Below are positions 1 to 9,669 of a stretch of 64,000 bases of DNA, in pieces; position 1 is the first letter of the stretch, and the number at the start of each line of letters is the position of its first letter. The notes below the pieces were generated by a model. It saw only the letters and a program-made list of their open reading frames with translations. It was not told the origin of the DNA and did not search any database. A program made the translations under genes and the position numbers. The DNA is from Rikenella microfusus (GTDB lineage: Bacteria; Bacteroidota; Bacteroidia; Bacteroidales; VadinHA17): the NCBI GenBank assembly GCA_022736275.1, contig DZBJ01000003.1, forward strand, positions 6,727 through 70,726, in the 5' to 3' direction.

Positions 1-94
1 TATCCGTATCGATCCATGATTCACATCCTGTGAATAACAGGACAAGTATTGCCAATAAGGCAATATTCGATTTATATAAACTTTTCATTTTCAT
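1..94 (-). CDS. SusD/RagB-family lipoprotein, N-terminal fragment (gene runs off the window start)
   Basis: My translation of the reverse complement from the ATG at 94 gives MKMKSLYKSNIALLAILVLLFTGCESWIDTD. This is a signal peptide with a lipobox Cys, located 25 nt downstream of the SusC stop in the usual susC-susD arrangement. Only 31 aa are visible, so the family call rests on context. Confidence 0.5.
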   Translation of the reverse strand, partial: MKMKSLYKSNIALLAILVLLFTGCESWIDTD

Positions 95-118
95 TGTTTT
101 TAAAGATTCTTTGAGTGT

Positions 119-3100
119 TTAGAATGAAAGTTTTACACCGAAAATATAGGCTCTGACACCGGGGCTGGCGAAATAATCAAAGCCCTGTCCGTTTGTAGCA
201 CCATAAACACTTACTTCCGGGTCTCCGCCCTTATATGGAGTAGAAACAAGCAGGTTATTACCTGTTGCATAGATTTCCAGCCCTTTAAGCCTGATCTTTG
301 AGAGCAAGGAATTATTAAAGATATAAGAGAGAGTGACTTCTCTCAGTTTAACCCAGCTGGCGTCTTCAACTGCCTGCGTTGCAGCTCCACCGCTGGTAAA
401 ACTGTTTTCCCCCCTGTACCATGTCTGGCTCTTAATAACTTCTGTTGTATTCTTAACCCCTTCTGATACTACATTTCCATTGGCATCGAGGTGACCGTAA
501 ACACCTTCGAATACTGTTGGAGTGTTTCTGTCGAGCGTTTCAACGGTTTGACCATAATAATTGAGGTTGAATCTTGTTCCGTTATTCACATTTCCGCCGC
601 TTTTAATGTCAACAAGCGCAGTAAGTGAGAATCCTTTATAGCTTAAAGTATTGTAAATATTCAGGGTCCAGTCCGGGCTTACTTTCCCGAGAGCAACAGT
701 TTTGGTTTTGTTGGTCCAGGGAAATCCGTCAGGGTGTGTGTCAGTCGGGTCATCATTGATAAGAACATTGCCATTGGCGTCTCTGTACCAGTCAAACCCA
801 AATATTGTAGCATAATCATAACCCACAGCTGCGTTAATCTGTGCCTTTGTATCTCCGTTAAGCAAGACATAGTCAATGTCCTGAGCAAGGGCGGTAACGG
901 GATTCTTCATTTTAGTGAAGTTGGACCTTATCTCCCACATGAAGTTTGCCGTTTTAACAGGTATGAGGTTCAGACTTATCTCAACTCCTTTACTCTCCAT
1001 TGACGCTGCATTCAAATATGATGACGAAAATCCGGTGGAGGCTGAAATTGGTACAGACAGCAGCAGGTCTATATTCTTATTGTAGAAATATGACATATCT
1101 AGGCCGATTCTGTCTTGCAGGAATTTCACCTCGGCTCCCACCTCGAAAGTTGATTGGGTTTCATGGTTCAGGTCAGGATTGCCTACCGTGTTTCCAACAG
1201 TGTAACCTGGAACACCCATGAATGGAAATGATATGCCTGAAGTATAATAATCTCCGGCACTTCCGGATGCATAGTAAGAGGATGTCCTGTATGGGTCAGC
1301 AATATTTGCTGTTTTTGCCCATGATGCTCTGATCTTGCCGAAACTGAGTATCTTATTGCCTTTAAGCGGGGCGAGTTCCGTAAGTATAAAAGCTGCACTT
1401 AAAGAAGGGAAAAGGGCTGACAGATTATCCGCCGGCATAGTGGTAGACCATTCATTTCTGAGAGTTGCTCCCAGGTAAAGCAAACTCCTGTAATCAACGC
1501 TGAGGTCAGCAAACAGGGCTGCTGTTCTGTATTCGGTGGTGCTTTGACCTGCTGTCTGCTTGCTGGTGTTATCAATGTTATATAAGCCAGGAATTGACAG
1601 ATCAGCTGTGTAAGCGGTAAGATATTTATAATATTGCTGGTAAATGTTTTGTCCCAGGTTAAGGTTAATCCCGATATCGCTACCTATCTTCCTGGTGATA
1701 GTTGCCATCAGGTCAGAATTGAACATGGAATGGAACTCTGTTCTTTCTCTGAGATAACCTTGCTGATTACCAACACTATACCAGTTGTATACATCCTGAA
1801 ATCTTCTGGTATACGAGTCCAACCCTACATTGTATGAAATGGTAAGCCAGTCAAGGACTTTGGCCTTTAAGAAAGTGCTTCCAACAAACCTGTCATTGTA
1901 GTCAAGGAAAAACTGTTCATTTGATGTCCAATAAGGGTTGTTGTAGGTTCCGTTGACACCGGTATACGTACGTTGTGTTCCATCAGGTAATTTGTACCCT
2001 GCAGCGTTATCAAAGGTGGCAGGGGTTCTGTAAAGTCCGATGCCTATGCCGGAACTTGTTCCTCCCTCACGGATAAGGTTGTTTTTGGTATGGGCATACA
2101 TCATGTTAGCACCGGTGGTAACTTTTTCAGATAGCTTTGTATCTGCGTTAAGTCTTAGTGTTGTTCTGGAAAAGGTGTTTTCCGGGACAATTCCTTTTTC
2201 CTGAAGGTTACCTATTGAGAAGAAATAGGAAGAGTTTTTATTTCCGGCCTCAATGCTTACATTGTTATTGTAAGTTATACCTTTCTGAAAGAAGTCATAC
2301 TGGTCATATGTCCTGACAGCCTCGCCGGTGTTTGTTGGTGCATAAAGGGGGTTGTTGCTTACAATTGCCCCGTCAACATCAAGTAAAGGATTGAGCCATA
2401 TTGCCGGGTCACGAGAATAGCTGCAGGTATCCAGTTGCGGACCCCAGGCGCCGTTGTATTTACTAGTCCATTTTCCGTTCAAACCCTGCCCGTACTCATT
2501 CTGTAGTTCAATGTGCCGGCCCAGTTCCTTAATTCCTATCGAAGAGTGTATGCTGACCTTCATCTTCTGATCTGTGGCACCCTTTTTTGTAGTGATTACG
2601 ATCACGCCATTTGATGCCTGTAATCCATAAAGCGCTGTGGCAGCACCGCCTTTCAGTACGCTGATAGAGGCTATATCATCCGGATTTAGGTCGATACTCC
2701 TTGAGGAGGAATAAACACCTGACTGGCCTGTACTGCCCCGATAGGAGGGCTCTGAGCTCATTGGCATGCCGTCGATCACAAATAATGGCTGGTTATTGCC
2801 TGTTAGTGACGCAGCACCCCTGATTGTCATATAGGACGCAGCTCCGGCATTGCTTGATGAGCTTGTCACCTGCAGGCCGGCAGCCTTGGCTGAGAGTGAG
2901 GAGACAATATCACTGTTGCCTCGCTTGTTCAGCTCTGTCCCTGTAACCTCCTGTACCGTATAGCCAAGGGCTTTCTTCTCCCTTGGTATACCGAGGGCAG
3001 TGACAACAACATCTCCAAGGGCATAAGCACTTGGCTGCATTGTAAGGTTGAGTACATTGCCCGTAATCTTAACCTCCTGCGGCTCCATACCGATAAATGA

Positions 3101-3313
3101 GAAGGCAAGAACATCATAGCCTGCGGGAACAGTAATTGTATATGTCCCCTGGTCATTTGTCACAGCTCCTGTAGTTGTCCCCTTTACTGAAACTGTCAGA
3201 AAAGGTAACGGATTGCCATCAGGATCTGTAACTTTTCCTGTAACCACTCTTTGACCAAACACCTGCATGCAGGCGAAAGCAAGGATGGCGAACAAAAGAA
3301 TTGTTTTTTTCAT
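119..3313 (-). CDS. SusC/RagA-family TonB-dependent outer-membrane receptor
   Basis: 1064 aa with a signal peptide. The N-terminal carboxypeptidase-regulatory-like domain reads VVTGKVTDPDGNPLPFLTVSVKGTTTGAVTNDQGTYTI. A plug region (DVVVTALGI..REKK) follows, and the beta-barrel ends in an aromatic residue (..GVKLSF). Confidence 0.9.
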   Translation of the reverse strand: MKKTILLFAILAFACMQVFGQRVVTGKVTDPDGNPLPFLTVSVKGTTTGAVTNDQGTYTITVPAGYDVLAFSFIGMEPQEVKITGNVLNLTMQPSAYALGDVVVTALGIPREKKALGYTVQEVTGTELNKRGNSDIVSSLSAKAAGLQVTSSSSNAGAASYMTIRGAASLTGNNQPLFVIDGMPMSSEPSYRGSTGQSGVYSSSRSIDLNPDDIASISVLKGGAATALYGLQASNGVIVITTKKGATDQKMKVSIHSSIGIKELGRHIELQNEYGQGLNGKWTSKYNGAWGPQLDTCSYSRDPAIWLNPLLDVDGAIVSNNPLYAPTNTGEAVRTYDQYDFFQKGITYNNNVSIEAGNKNSSYFFSIGNLQEKGIVPENTFSRTTLRLNADTKLSEKVTTGANMMYAHTKNNLIREGGTSSGIGIGLYRTPATFDNAAGYKLPDGTQRTYTGVNGTYNNPYWTSNEQFFLDYNDRFVGSTFLKAKVLDWLTISYNVGLDSYTRRFQDVYNWYSVGNQQGYLRERTEFHSMFNSDLMATITRKIGSDIGINLNLGQNIYQQYYKYLTAYTADLSIPGLYNIDNTSKQTAGQSTTEYRTAALFADLSVDYRSLLYLGATLRNEWSTTMPADNLSALFPSLSAAFILTELAPLKGNKILSFGKIRASWAKTANIADPYRTSSYYASGSAGDYYTSGISFPFMGVPGYTVGNTVGNPDLNHETQSTFEVGAEVKFLQDRIGLDMSYFYNKNIDLLLSVPISASTGFSSSYLNAASMESKGVEISLNLIPVKTANFMWEIRSNFTKMKNPVTALAQDIDYVLLNGDTKAQINAAVGYDYATIFGFDWYRDANGNVLINDDPTDTHPDGFPWTNKTKTVALGKVSPDWTLNIYNTLSYKGFSLTALVDIKSGGNVNNGTRFNLNYYGQTVETLDRNTPTVFEGVYGHLDANGNVVSEGVKNTTEVIKSQTWYRGENSFTSGGAATQAVEDASWVKLREVTLSYIFNNSLLSKIRLKGLEIYATGNNLLVSTPYKGGDPEVSVYGATNGQGFDYFASPGVRAYIFGVKLSF

Positions 3314-3424
3314 ACTGGAATGATTTAGTTTAGGGATGATTATTAGAGTTATTAAGCTGATTATACATATTTTTTATAATTTCTTATTAAATGTATATAT
3401 TAGATATCGTTAATAGCATTATTA

Positions 3425-4471
3425 TCATGACTTCTTTATTAAAAAAGATACCGGAATCAGTGAGAATGCCAGGATAATTACCAGCAGTGTCTTGTTTGTG
3501 GTTGTAGTATTATACAGATTGGTCGATTCAGAATACTTTGTTCCAGGTGAGACTGTTATCCCGTAGCGACTTGCCAGATCTTTTATATCAAGCATGTTTA
3601 TAAAAGGGATTCCTGATTCGCTCAATAAGGATATCACTCCGCGATCCCGGTCATTACAAAGGGTCATCTCATAGTGAAGCCCGTTGGGTATTTCCAGTGA
3701 ATGGGGACAATTGCCCAGAGCGGTCTCATTGCCCCCGATATTTATCAGCAGGGAGATATTTGCCTCTCTGAAGATTTCTGCTCGTTTAACAATAGATTCA
3801 TGAAGAGTTGCCGGAACATACAGATCAACCTTGTTTCTGTAGGCTGCATTATTTATTATTGACAAGCCTTCCGGCGAAAGCCCATGACCGGCATCATTGC
3901 CTGCTCCTGCAGAGACAATAGCCGAATTGAATTTCAGGCCATTTCTTTTCAGTGTTGTTTCCATGTCGATCCATGTTGCCCCGGGTTGATTGGCACCATA
4001 CGTGGAAGCCCCCAGTGAACTCATAACAACTGGTTCAATATCCATTGTCTGAAGGGCTGCAAGTGCAGATATTGCCAGGGAAGGGAACGAACCTGAGAGT
4101 ATTACTCCCACTTTGTCACCGGAGGTGACCTCTGCTTCATGCAATAATCTGACAATCAGCGCTGAGAAATCAGGGTTTGTGGAAGTCTCTTTGGCTTCCA
4201 GTGAACCGAGGGTTGTGGTAATCTCAGACCACTCGTCACCTATCATGAAATTGAATGGCACATTTGAGTGAGCATCAGCGACAATATTATTCTCCTTCTT
4301 AAATTGTTCAATTACGCCGAACATTCTTACCGTCAGGGCAACAGCCTCATCCATTTCATCACGGTAAACAAGTGGAATCTGCTTCCGGAATAAATTGACT
4401 GACACAGTCGTTCCGGTCACTAGGACCACGAATGCTATGAGTAATCTGATATTTAAACTCAGACGATTCAT
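3425..4471 (-). CDS. Poly-gamma-glutamate system protein (membrane-anchored partner that replaces PgsA next to PgsBC in some lineages)
   Basis: 348 aa with an N-terminal TM helix and a C-terminal hydrophobic segment. It overlaps the pgsC stop by 4 nt. The call comes from position and architecture, not from a recognised catalytic motif. Confidence 0.5.
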   Translation of the reverse strand: MNRLSLNIRLLIAFVVLVTGTTVSVNLFRKQIPLVYRDEMDEAVALTVRMFGVIEQFKKENNIVADAHSNVPFNFMIGDEWSEITTTLGSLEAKETSTNPDFSALIVRLLHEAEVTSGDKVGVILSGSFPSLAISALAALQTMDIEPVVMSSLGASTYGANQPGATWIDMETTLKRNGLKFNSAIVSAGAGNDAGHGLSPEGLSIINNAAYRNKVDLYVPATLHESIVKRAEIFREANISLLINIGGNETALGNCPHSLEIPNGLHYEMTLCNDRDRGVISLLSESGIPFINMLDIKDLASRYGITVSPGTKYSESTNLYNTTTTNKTLLVIILAFSLIPVSFLIKKS

Positions 4472-4896
4472 GTAATAAACAGTGAAATCTGGAATATTAT
4501 CAACGTCACGATACCCAGGCTCAGAAGGGTGGATGTTATCTTTTGTCTGCCCATCTCATTGGCTATCAGACCGGGAATTATGTAACCAATGGACTGCAGA
4601 TCGAGTTTCATTATTTCTGCCGGCTGGATCAGATTATCAATTAGAAGCTTAAGGAAGAAGCTGAGAAGGACCGCAAGCAGGAACTTCCTCCTGCTGTATA
4701 GTATAAAATACTGTGACGCCATCCTGATGATACCGTACACAATCATTGCAATAATGACAGTCATGGTAATCCTGTCAGGTTCGTAAATAAACAGAGCAAA
4801 ATATGCAGGGGCAATCACTCCGCCTGGCGATATCCCGGTTAACTCATAAAAGATAAATCCAACCACTAATCCGATGATAAATAGCTGGAGTATCAT
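4468..4896 (-). CDS. pgsC: Poly-gamma-glutamate biosynthesis membrane protein PgsC/CapC
   Basis: 142 aa polytopic protein. ILYSRRKF and GYIIPGLIAN match the ILYGRRKF and GIIVPGLIAN segments of Bacillus PgsC as I recall them. It has 4-nt overlaps with both neighbours. Confidence 0.85.
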   Translation of the reverse strand: MILQLFIIGLVVGFIFYELTGISPGGVIAPAYFALFIYEPDRITMTVIIAMIVYGIIRMASQYFILYSRRKFLLAVLLSFFLKLLIDNLIQPAEIMKLDLQSIGYIIPGLIANEMGRQKITSTLLSLGIVTLIIFQISLFIT

Positions 4897-6032
4897 CTTA
4901 GTTCATTAAGAATGTTAAATCCCTCTCCGCCAATGTTTCCCACGCCCGCCACAAATGATCCATCATCAACACTATTGGCTAGTATGCTCTTCAGGTTACC
5001 CCTGTCTCTTCTGGTCCAGCACTTAACTTTATCCCTATCAACTCCTGACCTTAACAATGTGTTTTTCGCCCTTCCTTTATGGTTGCCGGTTAAAATTATC
5101 GTCTCAAAAGATTGCATATCTCCGGCTATCCATTCTGAGAACAGATCGGTCCTGACTGGCCGGTCTGCACGGGTGTTAAGAATTACTGAGAGTTTACCCT
5201 GATGGTCTGATACGGTCTCCCAATGTGAGAGGAAGGTCTTGGTGGAATCAATATCATTTACTGAAAAAGCATTAAGGAACCTGATGTTCTTGCTGTTTGC
5301 ATGAATTGTTGTCAGGGGAGATGTGCTTTTTGAAATCCAGTTCATTATTCCCGTTTCAGATTGGCTCAGATCTATCCCTGCCTCTCTGCAGACTGCCAGG
5401 GCAAGAGCTACATTTTCCGGAAATACTTCATAAGGTAACCTTTCTCTCAGTCGATCTTCCAATGTCTCTGTTGTGATTACGGTGCTGTTTTTTGCCGATG
5501 CCTTTTCTTTGATTCTTTTTAAAAAGCCTTTCTCATTTGTAATGACCTTACAGTTTGCCGGTATAGCATTGCATATAGCTTCAGCCTGCGACTCAACGTC
5601 TTTACCCATCTCCTCACGGTGATCATCCCTTATATTTGTTATCACGTAGATATGGGGCTGAAAAACAAATCCCTCCAGTTTCATCAATTCAGGGGAAATT
5701 GACATACACTCCAGTACCATGACCTTCACTTTTCTCCTGAAGGCTGATAATAAAATGTTTATCTGTTCCTGTACCCGTGCGACTCCGTGTCTGACTATAA
5801 TCTGTGACACTCCGTTATGAATAATAGTAGGTATGATACCCGTGATCTTTGCCATTACATCCTGACGGGAAAATGAGATACCGGCTGCGACATATTCTGT
5901 TACTGAAGACTTACCCCTTGTTCCATTAACATGAATTCTCAAGGACATATAGCGGATACTCTTCTGGACCATCCGCTTTTCAATGAATAACAGACCAAAG
6001 ATTAATATCAATATGACAGATATTGTCAGCAT
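4893..6032 (-). CDS. pgsB: Poly-gamma-glutamate synthase PgsB/CapB (Mur-ligase-like amide ligase)
   Basis: 379 aa. An N-terminal TM helix is followed by the P-loop-like IHVNGTRGKSSVTE (Bacillus PgsB has NINGIRGKSTVTR). LECMSISPE and NIRDDHREEMG resemble Mur-ligase motifs. Confidence 0.9.
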   Translation of the reverse strand: MLTISVILILIFGLLFIEKRMVQKSIRYMSLRIHVNGTRGKSSVTEYVAAGISFSRQDVMAKITGIIPTIIHNGVSQIIVRHGVARVQEQINILLSAFRRKVKVMVLECMSISPELMKLEGFVFQPHIYVITNIRDDHREEMGKDVESQAEAICNAIPANCKVITNEKGFLKRIKEKASAKNSTVITTETLEDRLRERLPYEVFPENVALALAVCREAGIDLSQSETGIMNWISKSTSPLTTIHANSKNIRFLNAFSVNDIDSTKTFLSHWETVSDHQGKLSVILNTRADRPVRTDLFSEWIAGDMQSFETIILTGNHKGRAKNTLLRSGVDRDKVKCWTRRDRGNLKSILANSVDDGSFVAGVGNIGGEGFNILNELR

Positions 6033-6081
6033 GATTTTCGTTTGATGAGATCCCTAAACAGGAATATCAATTCATTAATTA

Positions 6082-7782
6082 TCAGTATCCTATGGCTATT
6101 CCTCCTCTTCTTTTGTCTGCGGATCCCGAATACTCGCCGGTTATGGGGTCTACAAATATCATTTGGGCCCCTCCGAAAAAGAGGTCTATGCCATTATAGA
6201 CTTTAACCTGGTGGCCCATCTTCTCAAGTTCTGAACAGACTTCCGGATTAATCCCTGATTCAACATGTAAATAATCTTCAAACTTCTGGCAATAAAACCT
6301 GGGAGCAAGGTTTGCTTCATTTACATCCATACCAAAATCGATAACATTTACTACAAGCTCAATAAGTGTTGTAGTAATGCGGCTTGCGCCCGGGCTGCCA
6401 AGTATCAGAAAGGGATTTCCGTTTTTTAGGATTATAGTTGGAGTGATCGATGTCCTGCATCGCTTGCCATTCTGCATATAATTGACATTCTCAACATTGT
6501 ATGAGAAGTTAGTCATTGCATTATTAAACAGCACTCCTGATACTGTTTGTCCTGATCCGAAAAAAAGTCCCAGTGTCTGTGTCAATGCTACTGCATTGCC
6601 ATCCTTATCTATCACTGACAGGTGGGTTGTATGTCCTTCCGCGGGTTCCATCACGAGCGCCGGCTCCTTCCTGAAAGCTTTGTCAAATGCCCCGGGATTA
6701 CCGTAGTCGGCATCCCTGTATCTTGGAGGATCTAGTTTTGACTGGTTGATGCTATTGTATCTTTCCAGAGCATAGTCTTTGGAAGTAAGGCCAGCTACTG
6801 GCACACTTACGAAATCTGGGTCTCCGAGGAACTGATACCTGTCAGCATAGACCAGTTTTTCGACCTCAGCCATTATATGCAATGTTTTTGCTGATTCACT
6901 ATAATGACCACTGGCTTGAAGATCGAAGTTCTCAAGCATATTGAGACCCTGGATCAGGCTTATGCCTGACTGTGGGATATTGGATGTGAGGATATCATAA
7001 CTCCTGTAAGTACCATTCAACGGTGAAGTGATCTCTGCCTGGTAGGATGAAAAATCTTTCTCTGTCAGGACCCCTCCCCGGTCTCTGATACCTTCTACAA
7101 AAGACTCTGCCAGCTGACCTTCGTAGAATCCATTTCTGCCCTTTTCAGCAATGGTGCGCAGGACCTTCCCCAGATCGCTCTGAAGAAGTAATTCTCCCTC
7201 CATCCTGGGAAAGCCATTCTCAAGGAATACAGACGCAGTGACCGAGTCACTCATTATGTTATCGATATTGTCAAGGATAAGCTTGGCGAGGGTCTGGTCA
7301 ATAGGAAAGCCATCTTCAGCATGTCTTACTGCCGGTTCCATGATCTTACTGAGTGGCAGGCTCCCGAATTTCTCATGTGCCATTAGAAGACCTGCGACGG
7401 TGCCGGGCACCTCTATTGCCTTGCCGGAATAATTATCCCGTCCCGACTTAAAACTAGCTTCAGAGGCCCTCTCTGAGCTTCTCCCGTAGTAATTGATAAA
7501 GTACGATTTATGTTCCTTTTTCAGGTATATTACCATCCCGCCGCCACCACCAAGGCCTGAACCGTCGGGTTCAACAACGCCAATTGTAAAAGCAGCTGCT
7601 ACTGCAGCATCAACAGCATTTCCACCGCTTTTAAGCATTTCTATTGCGGCAGCGGAAGCCAGCGGATGGGCCGTGGCAACAATCCCGTTCCTTCCGGTTG
7701 ACTGGGGCAGTGACTGTCCCAGGATACCTGCATTAAATACTAATGCAAACAGTACAATAAGTTGAAGAGTTATCTTTCTCAT
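6082..7782 (-). CDS. ggt: Gamma-glutamyltransferase (GGT/CapD family, Ntn hydrolase)
   Basis: 566 aa with a signal peptide. The autoprocessing and nucleophile site reads EGHTTHLSVIDKDGNAVALTQTLG, and GSPGASRITTT lies near the C-terminus. Confidence 0.9.
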   Translation of the reverse strand: MRKITLQLIVLFALVFNAGILGQSLPQSTGRNGIVATAHPLASAAAIEMLKSGGNAVDAAVAAAFTIGVVEPDGSGLGGGGGMVIYLKKEHKSYFINYYGRSSERASEASFKSGRDNYSGKAIEVPGTVAGLLMAHEKFGSLPLSKIMEPAVRHAEDGFPIDQTLAKLILDNIDNIMSDSVTASVFLENGFPRMEGELLLQSDLGKVLRTIAEKGRNGFYEGQLAESFVEGIRDRGGVLTEKDFSSYQAEITSPLNGTYRSYDILTSNIPQSGISLIQGLNMLENFDLQASGHYSESAKTLHIMAEVEKLVYADRYQFLGDPDFVSVPVAGLTSKDYALERYNSINQSKLDPPRYRDADYGNPGAFDKAFRKEPALVMEPAEGHTTHLSVIDKDGNAVALTQTLGLFFGSGQTVSGVLFNNAMTNFSYNVENVNYMQNGKRCRTSITPTIILKNGNPFLILGSPGASRITTTLIELVVNVIDFGMDVNEANLAPRFYCQKFEDYLHVESGINPEVCSELEKMGHQVKVYNGIDLFFGGAQMIFVDPITGEYSGSADKRRGGIAIGY

Positions 7783-7826
7783 GGAATTTGCTGTATCTCG
7801 TTTGTTATTGTCATAATATCAATCTG

Positions 7827-8372
7827 TTACTTGAAAAAGTTGCCAAGGGGTATTTCCGTCTCCGCAATTTTCACCACAAGGGTCAGGGGGATATTTTTAG
7901 CTTTGGAGATAGTGGTGAAGAATCCGTCTTCATCACCCTGCTTAACCACAAGCATAGATTTTGAGTTTTCGGCAACAATTTGATTGAAGGCATCTGACTG
8001 TCCTTGTCTGCGCGCACTGCCGCCTATATGAATCATCACAATCGGTATCTTAAGGTCATTTGCAGATTTTATAAGGGCCTTGACTCTCTCCATCTCCTCC
8101 TGCTGGCTTATCCCGGCAGCTCCCAGTCCCTTTGAACTGAAGCCCGGGACAATGATCAATGTCTTAAATCCCGTGAGGTCTGCCGACTTAGCCATCAGGA
8201 TGGTTGTTGCATTAAGACCCTGCCTCTGGGCAAGCATCTTAACCAGCTTAACATCTGCACTCTGCCCGGCAGATGATATAAGTACCGGTTGTTTAAATTT
8301 CTGTGCCTCAACTGATAGTGATGTAAAGAATAGAATCAGTATTGCAACGATCATTACACTTCTTGCTTTCAA
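7827..8372 (-). CDS. Secreted hypothetical protein (alpha/beta pattern, unknown function)
   Basis: 181 aa with the signal peptide MKARSVMIVAILILFFTSLSVEAQ. I recognise no motif. It sits in the operon between the AstE-like gene and ggt. Confidence 0.6.
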   Translation of the reverse strand: MKARSVMIVAILILFFTSLSVEAQKFKQPVLISSAGQSADVKLVKMLAQRQGLNATTILMAKSADLTGFKTLIIVPGFSSKGLGAAGISQQEEMERVKALIKSANDLKIPIVMIHIGGSARRQGQSDAFNQIVAENSKSMLVVKQGDEDGFFTTISKAKNIPLTLVVKIAETEIPLGNFFK

Positions 8373-8383
8373 ATTTCTATTTT

Positions 8384-9514
8384 TTAGTTCTTTAAATATT
8401 CACCCACTCCATTTTCCATAATCATATCATAGTCGGGCAGGTTTTCAACCACGATTTGCATCTCAGGATAGTAATAATTATAAGAGTTAATCAGCTCAAT
8501 GAAGCCCATAATATGCCTTCCGACACGATGTTCAATGGGTTCACCTGTCTCTTCCCTGTAAGCAATTCTTAACGCACCTGTTTCTTTTGCCTTTTTATAA
8601 TTGTCACAATCACCTCTCAGGACGAGGTCAACATTGGTCTCACCTCTTAATCTTCCCATAGAAGGATTACTGGTCTCCATGAGAAAGGGGATTGCGTTGG
8701 TATAGTCACCCCATTCCCGGTGGCTCAGGCCATGAAAATTCTTTGGAGATGTCTCAGGTGAAAACTGCAGCCCGGCCATCTCAAGTCCCAGTACGGCGTT
8801 CATAGCTATATCTTCATATTTTTCATTGTAGACAATAACATTTACAATCGGTACTTCCGGCGAGGATTCATGAAGATCGAAGGCAATATTTACATTCTCT
8901 TTTTTGATTATTTGAATAATTGCATAGGCCACCTTTTCAGTCAGGGTCCCGTCAGGCCGGCCCGGGTATGCGCGGTTAATATTTCTTGTTTCAAACCCGG
9001 ACAATTGCTGGTTTGAAGGATACTGTGCAAAAACCAGGGGATCAGGCCATTGATCAAGAGGATTTGTCACTCTCGAGCCAAGCCTGAACACCCGCGTGCC
9101 ATTTTTAGTCGGTATCTCATAAGATGAGGGGAAGCCTTCCATGGGATCAGAACAGGTAAATGCGCTGTTATTCAGCCGGGGGATAATGATCACCCTGCCA
9201 CAGGTGACCCTGAGGTTCTCGAGTATGACTACGGTTGAAAGAAAGGAAGCCGCTTCATTGGCATGGGTCCCGCCGCAAAGAAGAGCGGTACCACCTGCCA
9301 CGCCGCTGTCATACAGGTAGACTTCCGTATCACCGTTGGTGCCGGTGATGCCATCAAAATAATCGCTCAGCATTCCTTTACTTGTAAGGCTGGCGCTGGG
9401 ATACAATACCTCGGGGTGATGCATTTTACCGAATGCAATTGCTGCTATGACACCCATAGCAGCTGTTAAGATTGAGATTATGATGGTGGAGAGATGATTT
9501 CTGATCATAGCCAT
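8384..9514 (-). CDS. Succinylglutamate desuccinylase/aspartoacylase (AstE/AspA)-family zinc amidohydrolase, membrane-anchored
   Basis: 376 aa with an N-terminal TM helix (LSTIIISILTAAMGVIAAIAF). The GGTHANEAAS motif (H-x-x-E metal site) and the later DLHES are typical of the M14-like AstE/AspA fold. Confidence 0.65.
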   Translation of the reverse strand: MAMIRNHLSTIIISILTAAMGVIAAIAFGKMHHPEVLYPSASLTSKGMLSDYFDGITGTNGDTEVYLYDSGVAGGTALLCGGTHANEAASFLSTVVILENLRVTCGRVIIIPRLNNSAFTCSDPMEGFPSSYEIPTKNGTRVFRLGSRVTNPLDQWPDPLVFAQYPSNQQLSGFETRNINRAYPGRPDGTLTEKVAYAIIQIIKKENVNIAFDLHESSPEVPIVNVIVYNEKYEDIAMNAVLGLEMAGLQFSPETSPKNFHGLSHREWGDYTNAIPFLMETSNPSMGRLRGETNVDLVLRGDCDNYKKAKETGALRIAYREETGEPIEHRVGRHIMGFIELINSYNYYYPEMQIVVENLPDYDMIMENGVGEYLKN

Positions 9515-9660
9515 TACTTAATTTGAAGTAAACGAACAATGAAAATTAGCAGTACCATCGCTATGGCCAGTTGATTCCTCCATTTTTTCTCCTTCAGGAA
9601 TTCAATTATAACCACGAAGGTGACATAGGCAAGGATCAGTGTATAAATAACATATAGCAT
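9514..9660 (-). CDS. Small two-helix membrane protein (48 aa), absent from the supplied ORF track
   Basis: My translation gives MLYVIYTLILAYVTFVVIIEFLKEKKWRNQLAIAMVLLIFIVRLLQIK. That is two hydrophobic helices around a basic loop. Its stop codon (9514-9516) shares one base with the ATG of the downstream gene, and its ATG lies 10 nt after the permease stop. Confidence 0.45.
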   Translation of the reverse strand: MLYVIYTLILAYVTFVVIIEFLKEKKWRNQLAIAMVLLIFIVRLLQIK

Positions 9661-9669
9661 AACTCTGTT

